64,000 bases of DNA. Origin: a virus. The position numbers and the translations under genes are program-made. The notes below the pieces were generated by a model, which saw only the letters and a program-made list of their open reading frames with translations, did not search any database and was not told where the DNA came from. This document shows, piece by piece, positions 45,347 to 55,861 of this stretch (positions within the stretch are counted from its first letter, which is position 1; the number at the start of each line of letters is the position of its first letter). The stretch lies in IMG/VR virus record IMGVR_UViG_3300019776_000461, positions 20,703-84,702 of that record; one strand, given 5' to 3'.

Positions 45347-46648
45347 ATGAGTTATAGACCAAAATTAGTTTTTTGTGGACCAGTTACAACTATGAGTGGA
45401 TATGGATCTCATGCGAGAGATTTACTTTTATCACTTATAGAAATGGATAAGTTTGATGTTCAAGTAATATCAATAAATTGGGGAGAAACTCCAATGGATG
45501 CATTGGAATCCGATAATCCAGATATGAAAAAAATTAAAGACTTAATAATTCCAGGCTTACAATCACAGCCAGATATTTGGATGCAATGTACTATTCCAAA
45601 CGAATTTCAACCAGTTGGTAAATATAACATAGGAATTACTGCTGGTGTTGAAACCGATGCGTGTTCTCCTGAATGGGTTGATGGTTGCAATCGTATGAAC
45701 TTAATCATAGTTCCATCTAAACATGCTAAATGGGTATTTGAAAATACACAATATGATAAAATGGATAAACAAACAAATCAGAAAATAGGAACACTTAGTG
45801 TAACAGTACCAGTTGAGGTATTACACGAAGGCGTGAGAACTGATATATATGGAACAGATTTAGAGAAAGATTCTAATATAGTAGAAACATTAGATTCTAT
45901 TCCTAACGATTTCGTATATTTGTTTGTTGGACATTGGCTTAAAGGAGATTTCGGTCAAGATAGAAAAGATATTTCTGGACTAATTTATACTTTCTGTGAA
46001 ACATTTGGTGATACACCAAATCCACCAGCACTTCTTTTGAAATGTACAAGTGGAACATTTTCTATATCCGATAGAAGCAGAGTAATGGATAAAATAAATC
46101 TTATTAAAAAAATGAGTACAAAAAGAAATCTACCTGAAATTTATCTATTGCACGGTGAACTAACTGATAGTCAAATGAATTCTCTTTACAATCATAATAA
46201 AATAAAGGCTATGGTTTCATTTACAAAAGGTGAAGGATACGGAAGACCAATTGCAGAATTTATGGCATCTGGCAAACCTATTCTTGTTTCTGGTTGGAGT
46301 GGACACATGGACTTTATTAGTGAAAAGTTTCACATTCCATTAAAAGGTAAACTATTAGAGGTTCATCATAGTGCAGTTTGGGATACTATTATAAACAAAG
46401 GTACACGTTGGTTTACAGTAGATTATCAAAGTGCAGCAGAAACACTTGATAAAGTTCATAAAAACTATAACAAATATCTACAAAATTCTAAAATTGGAAT
46501 TCGTGAATTAAAAAGTATATGGTCATATACTTCCATGTGTAAAAAGTTTGAAGATATGTTAGATAAAAAACTTCCAAAGTTTGCAGAGAAAGTTACTCTT
46601 AGTTTACCTAAGCTAAGAAAAATTAGTAGTTCAGGAGAAACAAAATGA
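45347..46648 (+). CDS. Glycosyltransferase, GT-B (GT4-like)
   Basis: SGYG, DRKD, GEGYGRPIAEFMASGKP. Confidence 0.85.
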   Translation: MSYRPKLVFCGPVTTMSGYGSHARDLLLSLIEMDKFDVQVISINWGETPMDALESDNPDMKKIKDLIIPGLQSQPDIWMQCTIPNEFQPVGKYNIGITAGVETDACSPEWVDGCNRMNLIIVPSKHAKWVFENTQYDKMDKQTNQKIGTLSVTVPVEVLHEGVRTDIYGTDLEKDSNIVETLDSIPNDFVYLFVGHWLKGDFGQDRKDISGLIYTFCETFGDTPNPPALLLKCTSGTFSISDRSRVMDKINLIKKMSTKRNLPEIYLLHGELTDSQMNSLYNHNKIKAMVSFTKGEGYGRPIAEFMASGKPILVSGWSGHMDFISEKFHIPLKGKLLEVHHSAVWDTIINKGTRWFTVDYQSAAETLDKVHKNYNKYLQNSKIGIRELKSIWSYTSMCKKFEDMLDKKLPKFAEKVTLSLPKLRKISSSGETK

Positions 46649-47268
46649 TTTCGTACACTATAACTGCTTGTAACGAATACAATCAGTTAAACATTTTATT
46701 AAATTATTTAAACTCAAAGATTTCTAATAAAGATGAAATTGTTTTACAATTAGATAGTTTGTCTGTAACAGAAGCAGTACGAGACGTCGCAGATACTTAC
46801 AAACGTAAAATATCTAATCTAACAGTAATAGAATTCCCATTGAATAATGATTTTTCTGAGTTCAAGAATAATTTGAAAAAGTATTGTACTAAAGAATGGA
46901 TTTTTAATATTGATGCAGATGAAATTCCTGCTGAGATTTTAATGTTAGATATACATGAAATTCTAACAGAAAATAAAGAAGTGGATATGTTTTTAGTTCC
47001 AAGATGGAATACCGTTGAAGGTATAACTGAGGATCATATAAAAGAATGGCATTGGAACTATGATAAAGAAGGCAGAGTTAATTGGCCAGATTTGCAAACA
47101 AGAATTTATAAAAACAAAGAATCTATTGTTTGGAAAAACAAAGTACATGAGCGATTGATAGGTTTTACAACGTATGCTGTTCTACCTGAAGAAGTTGAGT
47201 ATTGTTTATTCCACCCAAAGACAATAGAACGTCAAGAAAAGCAAAATGAATTTTATACAACTATTTAA
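46645..47268 (+). CDS. Glycosyltransferase family 2
   Basis: ISYTITACNE, IDADE, WPDLQTR, VHERL. Confidence 0.8.
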   Translation: MISYTITACNEYNQLNILLNYLNSKISNKDEIVLQLDSLSVTEAVRDVADTYKRKISNLTVIEFPLNNDFSEFKNNLKKYCTKEWIFNIDADEIPAEILMLDIHEILTENKEVDMFLVPRWNTVEGITEDHIKEWHWNYDKEGRVNWPDLQTRIYKNKESIVWKNKVHERLIGFTTYAVLPEEVEYCLFHPKTIERQEKQNEFYTTI

Positions 47269-47276
47269 CATGAATC

Positions 47277-48041
47277 ATGGATAATCTTTTAATCGGTGCA
47301 ATAAGTGGCAATTATAATGTAAGCGATATTAGTAAGTGGGTTGAAACATCAAACACTATATCAGCTAAAAGAATATTATTGTTATATAATAACAACCCAC
47401 ATTCAGAGTTAGTACCGTACTTAACAAAAAACGGGGTTGAAGTTATTTTACCAGAGCATAACATGTATGGTGAATTTACAATACAGTTTCCAACAAACAC
47501 AGGAACAATGGACATAAATTCATCCTATGACTTAGTTCATAATTTAAGGTTCTTTCATATATGGCAAATACTAAATGAAAGTGAATTTGATAAAGTTCTG
47601 ATTACAGATGTTAGAGATGTATATTTTAACAGAGACCCATTTGCAGATATACCAGCAAATAAGATACTTGCTTCAAGTGAAGTAATTAAATATAAAAATG
47701 AGGATTGGAATAAAAGACATTTGTTTGTAAATTTAGGAGGAATGGGTGTAGAAACATTATTAGATAAAGAAGTTTATAACGTTGGTGTATTCGGTGGTGC
47801 TGCACATTGTGTTAAAGATATATGTAGAGATATATATTTGATTTCAATTGGTAAACGATTGGTAGCAGACCAAACTTCTTTTAATTATTTAATACAAACT
47901 TCTTATAAAGACAATGTAATGTTTACAGACTTGAATGATAAATTCGCTGTACATTTACATGTTATAGCCAATGGGCTTGTAGAATTTGATTTGAATGATT
48001 TGAGTAATTATGCAATAGTGCATCAATACGATAGACTTTAA
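47277..48041 (+). CDS. Putative GT-A fold glycosyltransferase
   Basis: ITDVRDVYF, NVGVFGG, DQTSFNY, HQYDR. Confidence 0.6.
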   Translation: MDNLLIGAISGNYNVSDISKWVETSNTISAKRILLLYNNNPHSELVPYLTKNGVEVILPEHNMYGEFTIQFPTNTGTMDINSSYDLVHNLRFFHIWQILNESEFDKVLITDVRDVYFNRDPFADIPANKILASSEVIKYKNEDWNKRHLFVNLGGMGVETLLDKEVYNVGVFGGAAHCVKDICRDIYLISIGKRLVADQTSFNYLIQTSYKDNVMFTDLNDKFAVHLHVIANGLVEFDLNDLSNYAIVHQYDRL

Positions 48042-48108
48042 TTTGGGAGAGAGGGAATGTAAGTTAGAGGTTAGGGAATTTTAATTTTATAAAAGGGAGA
48101 GACTCAGG

Positions 48109-48780
48109 ATGTTAGAAGCAATAGTTAGGGTAAAGGAATTAGGGTTAGATTTTGACCATGCAGAACATAAAATTTTATATGATGCTGCAAAAGACATTGT
48201 TGGTGTAGATGGTATAGTGTGTGAAGTTGGATTAAGACAGGGTGGCGGAATGGGAATTATGATACTTGGTTGTATTGATACTGAAAATACTAACCGCCCA
48301 TTTATAGCGATTGACCCATACGGTAATTTGATGTACAATGCACAAGAGGGATTGAATGTTAGATATGACTACACAAACGATATGAAGTATGAAACATTGA
48401 TTGCTTTATGTAAAGTTTCTTTACAAAACAATCTTTACTTTGATTTAATATGTTTGGAAGACACAACTTTCTTTAGTAAATATGAAAGTGGTATTCCAAT
48501 TTATAATTTACATACAACAGTTGTAAATACTTACGCATTAGTTCATCTGGATGGTCCACATGCACTACAAGACGTTTTAATGGAAGTTGAGTTCTTTATG
48601 GATAGAATTGCAAATGATGGTTACATAGTTCTTGATGATGTTAAGTATTATGATTTATCAAAAATTGAACCATTACTTATAAATAACAGTTTCAAATTAG
48701 TAGCAAATGATGGTAAAAAAGCATCATACAAAAAGGTAAATAAAGATGAAATACTCAATAATAATACCGTATCGGAATAG
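48109..48780 (+). CDS. Class I SAM-dependent methyltransferase (TylF/Methyltransf_24-like)
   Basis: CEVGLRQGGG, AIDPY, HLDGPH, IVLDD. Confidence 0.75.
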   Translation: MLEAIVRVKELGLDFDHAEHKILYDAAKDIVGVDGIVCEVGLRQGGGMGIMILGCIDTENTNRPFIAIDPYGNLMYNAQEGLNVRYDYTNDMKYETLIALCKVSLQNNLYFDLICLEDTTFFSKYESGIPIYNLHTTVVNTYALVHLDGPHALQDVLMEVEFFMDRIANDGYIVLDDVKYYDLSKIEPLLINNSFKLVANDGKKASYKKVNKDEILNNNTVSE

Positions 48781-49477
48781 AGAAGAACATTTAGAAATAC
48801 TATTACCTACACTTCAAGATTTTTTTAAGAATGAATCTTATGAAATTATTGTTTCAGAACAAAATAACAATGATAACTTCCAAATATCTTGTGTGCAAAA
48901 TATAGCATACAATTATGCGAAAGGTGACATAGTAATTTTTCATCAAGTCGATTATGTTCCATCAGCAGATGTTTCATATGATGTAATAGATTGTCCAGTA
49001 CTTCCTGCTAAAAAAGGAATATTTTTAGATAAAGATAACTCCACAACACGTGACTACTTAGACATACCAGGTGGATATAGAAACTGGCACGAAGAAATAG
49101 ATCCAAGGTTTTATGGTGGAGTTATTTGTATGAAGAGAGAACACTTTGAAGCAATAAATGGATTTAATCCTTTATACAAAGGATGGGGTAATGAAGATGA
49201 AGACTTGCGTGAAAGATTTGTTTGGGCTAATATTTCAGTTAAAAGAAATGAAGTTGGAACTTTCTATTGTCTTTATCATGAGGATAATGGTGATATGAGT
49301 AAGAAAAACGAAGATGGACAAAAAGACTTTTTTGAAGGTAGAAGATATTTTCACGAGAGGGCTTTTGAAGATAGACACATAGGTTACAAAAATTTAATAG
49401 CAGATGTGATTGAGGTTACAACTGATATTGAAAATGTTAGATGGATTAAGAGTACAAACTATAAAGTTATAAAATGA
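48746..49477 (+). CDS. Beta-1,4-galactosyltransferase-like (GT7)
   Basis: IIPYRNREEHL, FYGGV, INGFNPLYKGWGNEDEDL. Confidence 0.8.
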   Translation: MKYSIIIPYRNREEHLEILLPTLQDFFKNESYEIIVSEQNNNDNFQISCVQNIAYNYAKGDIVIFHQVDYVPSADVSYDVIDCPVLPAKKGIFLDKDNSTTRDYLDIPGGYRNWHEEIDPRFYGGVICMKREHFEAINGFNPLYKGWGNEDEDLRERFVWANISVKRNEVGTFYCLYHEDNGDMSKKNEDGQKDFFEGRRYFHERAFEDRHIGYKNLIADVIEVTTDIENVRWIKSTNYKVIK

Positions 49478-50439
49478 AAAAATTAAATCTATATTCGTTT
49501 CATAGAGGTATTGCAAATCATAGATTTGACGCTCAAAATACATCTCACTTATTAGAAGAACTAAAAAAACGGTATGATGTAAAATGGTTTGATTTGAACG
49601 GTGATGATAAATTTGTATATAAAAATGACTGCGATGTTTTAATAAACCAAGGTTCAATACTAATATTTGAATTCGATGATACAAAAAAATTCAAAACATT
49701 TGATTTTGGTGACGCACCAACTACTACTATTGATTTATCTAAATCAAATAATTTCATTGGTGCAGCAATAGGTCAATACAACAAAGCACTATGGGACACA
49801 TTAGTAAAAGATGATTCAGTTAGAAAAGAAATAAAGCCAAGTGTTTATCCCGAATCATATTGGAATCTTGGGGTTGAGAATTTTAATAATATAAATGAAT
49901 ATAGAAATTCAATTGAATTAGATAAAAGATTATATTGGCGTGGTAGCGTTTATAAAAATATGTCAAATATTAATTATAACGATACACGATTAACAATAGA
50001 TTTTTTAAGAGATAAATTGGATAGTTTCCATTACGGTAATTACCCAATTCCATTTGAGAGTTATATTTCAGAGTCAATTGAATTTAAACTTGCTTTATGT
50101 TTTGGCGGAGGCGGTGGATGGTCTTGTGGAGATTTCTGCTTTAGAGATATAGAAATGTATGGATTAGGCATTCCAACCATAAGACCTACATACGTTGTAG
50201 AATCAGATGATCAATTATTACCTAATGTACATTATGTTGCTGTTGATTGTGAATTCGATGATGTTTTCAAATATAAAAATCAAGATATTTTAGCTGATAA
50301 GATTATTCAAAGATACCACGAAGTTATAGATGATGATAAGTTTTTAAATTATATACGTGATAATGCTAGAGAGTGGTATATGAGAAATGCATCTGGACCT
50401 AATATTACACATAAAATTATTAATACACTTGGATTGTAA
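49474..50439 (+). CDS. Putative glycosyltransferase
   Basis: LYWRGS, ALCFGG, CFRDIEMYGLG, LLPNVHYV, IRDNAREWY; located in GT island. Confidence 0.5.
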   Translation: MKKLNLYSFHRGIANHRFDAQNTSHLLEELKKRYDVKWFDLNGDDKFVYKNDCDVLINQGSILIFEFDDTKKFKTFDFGDAPTTTIDLSKSNNFIGAAIGQYNKALWDTLVKDDSVRKEIKPSVYPESYWNLGVENFNNINEYRNSIELDKRLYWRGSVYKNMSNINYNDTRLTIDFLRDKLDSFHYGNYPIPFESYISESIEFKLALCFGGGGGWSCGDFCFRDIEMYGLGIPTIRPTYVVESDDQLLPNVHYVAVDCEFDDVFKYKNQDILADKIIQRYHEVIDDDKFLNYIRDNAREWYMRNASGPNITHKIINTLGL

Positions 50440-50440
50440 T

Positions 50441-50818
50441 ATGCTAATTGAAGTTTCAAATGGTGAGATATTAGATAAGTTTTCTATTCTAAAGATAAAG
50501 CTTGCTAACATAACAGATTATGACAAAATTAAAAATGTAGAAAAAGAAATTGAAATAATAGAACCTATGTTCGATTCAATTTGCAAAGATTTGAAAATAA
50601 AAGACTTGTTTGAAATGCTCTTAGAAGTTAATAAAAAACTTTGGGGGATTGAAGATAATATCAGACAACACGAAAGAGAAAAAAACTTTGATGAAGAATT
50701 TATACAATTGGCAAGAAATGTTTATATTACAAACGATATACGCGCTACTATAAAAAAAGAAATCAATTTGTTATCAAACTCAAATATAGTTGAGGAAAAA
50801 TCTTATGAAAAATACTAA
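50441..50818 (+). CDS. DUF6165-like protein
   Basis: EVSNGEILDKFSILKIK...VNKKLWGIEDNIR...FIQLARNVYITNDIR...EEKSY. Confidence 0.75.
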   Translation: MLIEVSNGEILDKFSILKIKLANITDYDKIKNVEKEIEIIEPMFDSICKDLKIKDLFEMLLEVNKKLWGIEDNIRQHEREKNFDEEFIQLARNVYITNDIRATIKKEINLLSNSNIVEEKSYEKY

Positions 50819-51704
50819 GTGTCTTGTAGTTACACACGGATTCTTTGGGGATATTGCTTTTGCAAGTTCAATTGCAGAACAACTAAAATCTGAAAATCAA
50901 TTTAATCAAGTTGATTATCTTATTGGATTTCCACAAATGAAAAGTTTGTTGGAAAATAATCCTCATATTCATAGTGTATTTGTATCGAAAACTCCAACGC
51001 CTTTACCTGATGTAAGTTCAATTGATTTGGTATATGATAAGATTATAACCTTACCCGCTTTATCTTTCGTAGAACCACCAACAATAGAATTCCAAAAGTT
51101 TGCAGGAGTTAAAAATCCTAAATCAGAATACAGACTTTATACGAATGGTACATATGACTTACACGCAAAAGAAACATTGGATACTCAGTTTCGTAATGTT
51201 AATAATAAGAAAATAATAGCTGTATTAAAAACATGGGAAGAGAAAAGCTACTTGTTTACACAAGAGGAGTATGATAGAGGAATCGATGTTCCTAACTTAG
51301 GCTACGGTGGTAAACATAGAAATATAAATTATATTGTAGATAAGTTAAACGAGTTGTATAATATAATTTATGTTGGTTTTCCGATGCAAGTTTCACAACA
51401 TGATAGTGCAATTATAGAAGATGATTATATGGAATCTATTTTATATACCGCTTCAATTCTAAAAAACTGTGATGCATTTGTTGGAACTGAAGGTGGGTTG
51501 TGTAACATAGCAGCAGGAGTTGGTACAAAAACAATTATCACAGGTGATTTTGTTCATCAACTCTATGGTGCAAATGGTGTTATTAGAAAAATTAAAGAAC
51601 CAAAGTTGGGACCAAAGTATTACTTTCCCAATTCCAATCATGTAACTCTAAATCCATTTTTAACTGATGATGAAGTTTTCAATGAGATTGTAAATAATTT
51701 ATAA
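50805..51704 (+). CDS. GT9 (heptosyltransferase-like) glycosyltransferase
   Basis: GFFGDI, LLENNPHI, FVGTEGGLCNIAAGVGTKTI. Confidence 0.7.
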   Translation: MKNTKCLVVTHGFFGDIAFASSIAEQLKSENQFNQVDYLIGFPQMKSLLENNPHIHSVFVSKTPTPLPDVSSIDLVYDKIITLPALSFVEPPTIEFQKFAGVKNPKSEYRLYTNGTYDLHAKETLDTQFRNVNNKKIIAVLKTWEEKSYLFTQEEYDRGIDVPNLGYGGKHRNINYIVDKLNELYNIIYVGFPMQVSQHDSAIIEDDYMESILYTASILKNCDAFVGTEGGLCNIAAGVGTKTIITGDFVHQLYGANGVIRKIKEPKLGPKYYFPNSNHVTLNPFLTDDEVFNEIVNNL

Positions 51705-51713
51705 GGATACTAT

Positions 51714-52445
51714 ATGAAAGAACTAAGCATATGCATGACCCATGTTAATAGAAAAAATCAATTGTTAAATACATTACAAAGTATTCAGGATCAACCAAAT
51801 GCAAAAGAGTTAACCGAAATTATTATAGTCGATGATGTTAGTGTAGAGCCATTATCGTATAAAGATATTGAAGATTTTGATTTAGATATAAAGTTAGTAA
51901 CAATACACACAAAAAATAAATGGTGGGTTAATCCTGTTGTTGCTTTCAATACTGCTTTTCACTTTATACACGGTAAGCGAACTATAATTCAAAATGCAGA
52001 ATGTTTGCATGGTACAGATATTATTCAATTTACTATTGATAATCTGAAGAAAAATCAGTATATTGCTATGAGTGCATTGAGTTTATCGAGAGATTCTTCA
52101 AGTAAAATAACAAGAAACATTAATTTAGAAGAGATTGATTTAAGTAATTCAGAATGGTATTGTCATTCTATTCACAGACCACAGCCATTTAATTTTTGTG
52201 CAGCACTTTTCACAGAAGATTTAAAACGTGTTGGTGGATTCGATAATAGATATGCAGAAGGAATGTGGTCAGATGATGATGCATTCATTGTGACGTTAGA
52301 AAGAAATGGTGTTGAAATAATTATTGAAGATTCACAGTTAGTGTTTCATCAATGGCATGAAGACCTTTGGCATAGTAGAACAGATATGCCAATGTTAGTA
52401 GCAAAAAATAGAGTTTTAATAGATGCATTAAAAGCAGGAGTTTAA
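51714..52445 (+). CDS. Glycosyltransferase family 2
   Basis: IIIVDDVS, VGGFDNRY, DDD, HQWH. Confidence 0.8.
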   Translation: MKELSICMTHVNRKNQLLNTLQSIQDQPNAKELTEIIIVDDVSVEPLSYKDIEDFDLDIKLVTIHTKNKWWVNPVVAFNTAFHFIHGKRTIIQNAECLHGTDIIQFTIDNLKKNQYIAMSALSLSRDSSSKITRNINLEEIDLSNSEWYCHSIHRPQPFNFCAALFTEDLKRVGGFDNRYAEGMWSDDDAFIVTLERNGVEIIIEDSQLVFHQWHEDLWHSRTDMPMLVAKNRVLIDALKAGV

Positions 52446-52447
52446 GT

Positions 52448-52999
52448 ATGTCTTATACTGATTGGCAGGATATTGTTGAACCTACACTTAAAAACAAAAA
52501 CGAATTATCTATTTTAGAATTTGGTTTGGGCGATGGAACTAAATATCTGTTGGATAAATTCAAATACGTTTATTCATATGAACTTATTGATGAAAATGAT
52601 TATTCGTTAATTAATTGGTATAACCAAGCAGAAGAACGATTCAAATCGTATTCAAATTGGGGTAGTGAAGTTGTAATGTGGCAAGACATTGACTTCGTTG
52701 ATCCAGGACCTCTTTACACAGGAACAACACCACCAGTTTTACCAACTGGTTTATTATCACGCATAGATGAATTATTTTCCAAATACAAATTCAATGCTGT
52801 TTTAGTTGACGGTGGATTTCATGTAAGAGGAGATATTGCAAGTTATATATTAAATAAGTTTCCCGTAGAGTATGTTATAATACACGATACTAATGATAAT
52901 TTCTACGTCGATGGTTACCATAGAATTAACCTACCAGAAAATTATGAAACCGTAAAATATACAGAGGGAAATGGAACTTATGTTTTTGTTAAAAAGTAA
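52448..52999 (+). CDS. SAM-dependent methyltransferase
   Basis: ILEFGLGDGT, LVDGG, IIHDT. Confidence 0.7.
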   Translation: MSYTDWQDIVEPTLKNKNELSILEFGLGDGTKYLLDKFKYVYSYELIDENDYSLINWYNQAEERFKSYSNWGSEVVMWQDIDFVDPGPLYTGTTPPVLPTGLLSRIDELFSKYKFNAVLVDGGFHVRGDIASYILNKFPVEYVIIHDTNDNFYVDGYHRINLPENYETVKYTEGNGTYVFVKK

Positions 53000-53014
53000 A
53001 ATGGAGATTATGTT

Positions 53015-53956
53015 ATGCGAATTTTAGTAACAGGTGTTTTGGGTACAGTTGGTTCTATACTAAAAAACAAACTTGTAGATAAGGGACACGAAGTATTTGG
53101 AATTGATTTACCGCACTCCGCTGGCGAACAAGGTTTTGTTCAATCAATGAGTTCTGAAAATCAAAGTTATTGTAGATGTGATATTGGAGATTATAGACAA
53201 ATACAACGTGTTATAGAAAACTTTGGTCCATTTGATTTGGTATATAATTGTGCAGCAGAATTTGGTAGATGGAATGGTGAAGATTATTATGAACAACTTT
53301 GGAGAACCAATGCAATCGGTTTGAAAAACATAATACGTTTGCAAGAAGAACATTCTTTCAAGTTAGTTCATTTCTCAAGTTCAGAGGTGTATGGTGACTA
53401 TGAAGGTGTTATGTCAGAAGATGTAATGGACAAAATAGAAATAAAACAAATGAATGATTATGCTATTTCAAAATGGGCAAATGAAATGCAAATTAGAAAC
53501 TCACGTATAATGGAAGGTACACAAACTGTTATTGTTAGATTATTTAACACATACGGTCCAGGAGAATTTTATCATCCGTATCGTTCTGTTAATTGTAAGT
53601 TTTGTTATCATGCATTAAATAACTTACCAATAACGGTTTACACTGGTCACCATCGTTCGAGTACATACATTGATGACGCAGTTTCTGCAATAGCAAACAT
53701 TTCAGATAATTTTATCGATGGAAGAGTTTACAATATTGGAAGTAATGAATATCATAGTATAGAAGATTTAGCAAATATAATTTGGGATTATGTTGGTGCT
53801 GATAAGAATTTAATAACTTACAAAAGTTCTGAAGTTCTTACAACTAAAACAAAAACTCCAGATATTAGTTTATCAGTAAATGAATTAGGTTATACTTCTA
53901 CGTTCTCTTTGAAGGACGGTGTTCACAAAACTATTGATTGGATGAAATCAGTTTAA
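53015..53956 (+). CDS. NAD-dependent epimerase/dehydratase (NDP-sugar)
   Basis: TGVLGTVG, FSSSEVYG, YAISK, RLFNTYGPGE. Confidence 0.9.
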   Translation: MRILVTGVLGTVGSILKNKLVDKGHEVFGIDLPHSAGEQGFVQSMSSENQSYCRCDIGDYRQIQRVIENFGPFDLVYNCAAEFGRWNGEDYYEQLWRTNAIGLKNIIRLQEEHSFKLVHFSSSEVYGDYEGVMSEDVMDKIEIKQMNDYAISKWANEMQIRNSRIMEGTQTVIVRLFNTYGPGEFYHPYRSVNCKFCYHALNNLPITVYTGHHRSSTYIDDAVSAIANISDNFIDGRVYNIGSNEYHSIEDLANIIWDYVGADKNLITYKSSEVLTTKTKTPDISLSVNELGYTSTFSLKDGVHKTIDWMKSV

Positions 53957-53957
53957 T

Positions 53958-54656
53958 ATGAAAATCATTTATAGAATATCGGATGCTGGTTACAACAAAG
54001 TAAAACCACCATATATTAACAATGAGAATTGTTTGAAGAATGCAGTAAGAGTTTTTGGTAAAGAAAACTTTCATGTGATTGCAGATAATGTTTCTGAAGA
54101 AACAAAGCGTATTATTTTGGATTGTGAAATTGAAGATAAACAAATTGATTATGTTTCTGTTGGACATGGTGCAGGAACTTTTAATTTGGCATTGAATTGG
54201 GCATTGAAACAGAATGATAGTGAAATTGTTTACTTCTTAGAGAATGACTATTTACATAAATCAGAATCGGAAAACGTATTGGTTGAAGGAATAAATTTGG
54301 GCGGTGACTATGTTAGTTTATACGATCACCCAGATAAGTATATTCCAGCAAGTCGTGGTGGTAATCCATACATAGAAGATGATGGTGGAGAAGTAACAAA
54401 AGTTTATTTGTCAAACTCATGCCATTGGAAACTAACAAACAGTACTACAATGACATTTGCTTCCAAAGTTAGTACACTAAAAGAAGATGAAGTAGTTCTT
54501 CGTAAATGGACAAACATGGGCAATTATCCAAGAGACTTTGATATGTTCCTGGAACTTAGAGAAAAAGGAAAATCATTAATGACTTCAATTCCTGGTTATT
54601 CAACTCACGGTGAAACTGCTTGGTTATCGCCACTTACTGATTGGGGTAACTTATGA
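53958..54656 (+). CDS. Putative GT-A glycosyltransferase
   Basis: IADN, YFLENDYLH, YDHPDKY; located in GT island. Confidence 0.6.
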   Translation: MKIIYRISDAGYNKVKPPYINNENCLKNAVRVFGKENFHVIADNVSEETKRIILDCEIEDKQIDYVSVGHGAGTFNLALNWALKQNDSEIVYFLENDYLHKSESENVLVEGINLGGDYVSLYDHPDKYIPASRGGNPYIEDDGGEVTKVYLSNSCHWKLTNSTTMTFASKVSTLKEDEVVLRKWTNMGNYPRDFDMFLELREKGKSLMTSIPGYSTHGETAWLSPLTDWGNL

Positions 54657-55444
54657 TTTCGGTAATAATACCTACATACAAAGCTCCTGAATCATTGGAC
54701 TTATGTTTGACTTCCATAATACAAGGTCAATCAGAGAAGAATGAGATAATCGTAGTTGTTGACGGTACATACGATATTAATAAAGATGTTTTAGAAAAGC
54801 ACGGTGATGACATTCTCATTTTGAATTTAGAAACAAATGTTGGTACTTGCCGTGCTACTAACTTGGGTGTGTATAATTCTACACATGATAAAATTATAAT
54901 AGCAAATGATGATAATGTTTTCCCTAAAAATTGGAATGATAAATTAGAAAAATCGTTTGAGGAAAATTCAATAATTGCACCGAACCAAATTGAACCATAC
55001 CCAAGTATGTTCAGGCAGTTTGTAATAAATGATTTAGGTAGAATTCCTAATAGTTTTGATTTAGAAAAGTTTTGGGAATTTTCTGAAATGATTTCAAAAT
55101 CTGTTAAAGATGATTCTGGTTCAACATTTCCAATTTTTATTTCAAAGAAAGATTTTTTAAAAGTCGGTGGGTTTGATGAAAGCTATCCATCACAGGCAGG
55201 ATATGTTGCAGATTGGGATTTCTTTTTGAAATGCGAGTTGAGTGGTATGAAAATGCTAAGAGACTATTCTACACATTTTTATCATTTTGTTTCTGTTTCT
55301 GCTAAATCAGATGAGCAAATAAATAAGTCTCGTATGGAAGAAGAGGATTGCCATGAGTATTTTAATTACAAATGGGGACAAAGAGCAGAACATAACCCAA
55401 TAAATAATTCAAAAATGTTGAGAAAATACATCGTTTCAAAATAA
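54653..55444 (+). CDS. Glycosyltransferase family 2
   Basis: ISVIIPTY, VVVDG, ANDD, GGFDESY, DWDF. Confidence 0.85.
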   Translation: MISVIIPTYKAPESLDLCLTSIIQGQSEKNEIIVVVDGTYDINKDVLEKHGDDILILNLETNVGTCRATNLGVYNSTHDKIIIANDDNVFPKNWNDKLEKSFEENSIIAPNQIEPYPSMFRQFVINDLGRIPNSFDLEKFWEFSEMISKSVKDDSGSTFPIFISKKDFLKVGGFDESYPSQAGYVADWDFFLKCELSGMKMLRDYSTHFYHFVSVSAKSDEQINKSRMEEEDCHEYFNYKWGQRAEHNPINNSKMLRKYIVSK

Positions 55445-55449
55445 GACTA

Positions 55450-55457
55450 TATTTATA
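55450..55457 (+). promoter_or_regulatory. Putative late promoter TATTTATA
   Basis: Intergenic, directly after the GT island. Confidence 0.55.
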
Positions 55458-55490
55458 GTTATATGTTCTAAAAAAATATGGGAGAGATTG

Positions 55491-55847
55491 ATGCATCAAA
55501 TAGCAGCGCAATTAGTTCAAGTTGAAGTACAACTTCGTTTTTTTCATTGGCAAACTAAGTCATATGCACGCCATCAAGCGTACGGTGGTACTTATGACGC
55601 AATTAATGATTTAATTGATACATTTGTAGAAGTATTGATGGGTAAATATGGACGTGTTCCTGCAATGCCTATGAAGATTTATAATAGCAATGAGAAAGAT
55701 ATAAATTCTTTTATAGAAGAAACTATTGCGTTTTTGATTGGATTTTCTACTATGTTAGATCCAAAAGCAGATACAGACTTATTGAATATAAGAGACGAAA
55801 TGTTAGCAGAGTTTAATAAACTCAAATATTTAATTACATTAAAATAA
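55491..55847 (+). CDS. Ferritin/Dps-like four-helix protein (DUF5856-like)
   Basis: FHWQTKSYARHQA...YD...LIDTFVE..MGKYGR...DLLNIRDEML...KLKYLITL. Confidence 0.7.
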   Translation: MHQIAAQLVQVEVQLRFFHWQTKSYARHQAYGGTYDAINDLIDTFVEVLMGKYGRVPAMPMKIYNSNEKDINSFIEETIAFLIGFSTMLDPKADTDLLNIRDEMLAEFNKLKYLITLK

Positions 55848-55861
55848 TAAGAGGTGTTACT

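Noticed and set aside
43915-55444. Bacterial LPS/capsule locus, i.e. window is a host chromosome
   Set aside because: No wzx/wzy/ABC export genes; embedded among T4-like replisome and virion genes with the same promoter motifs
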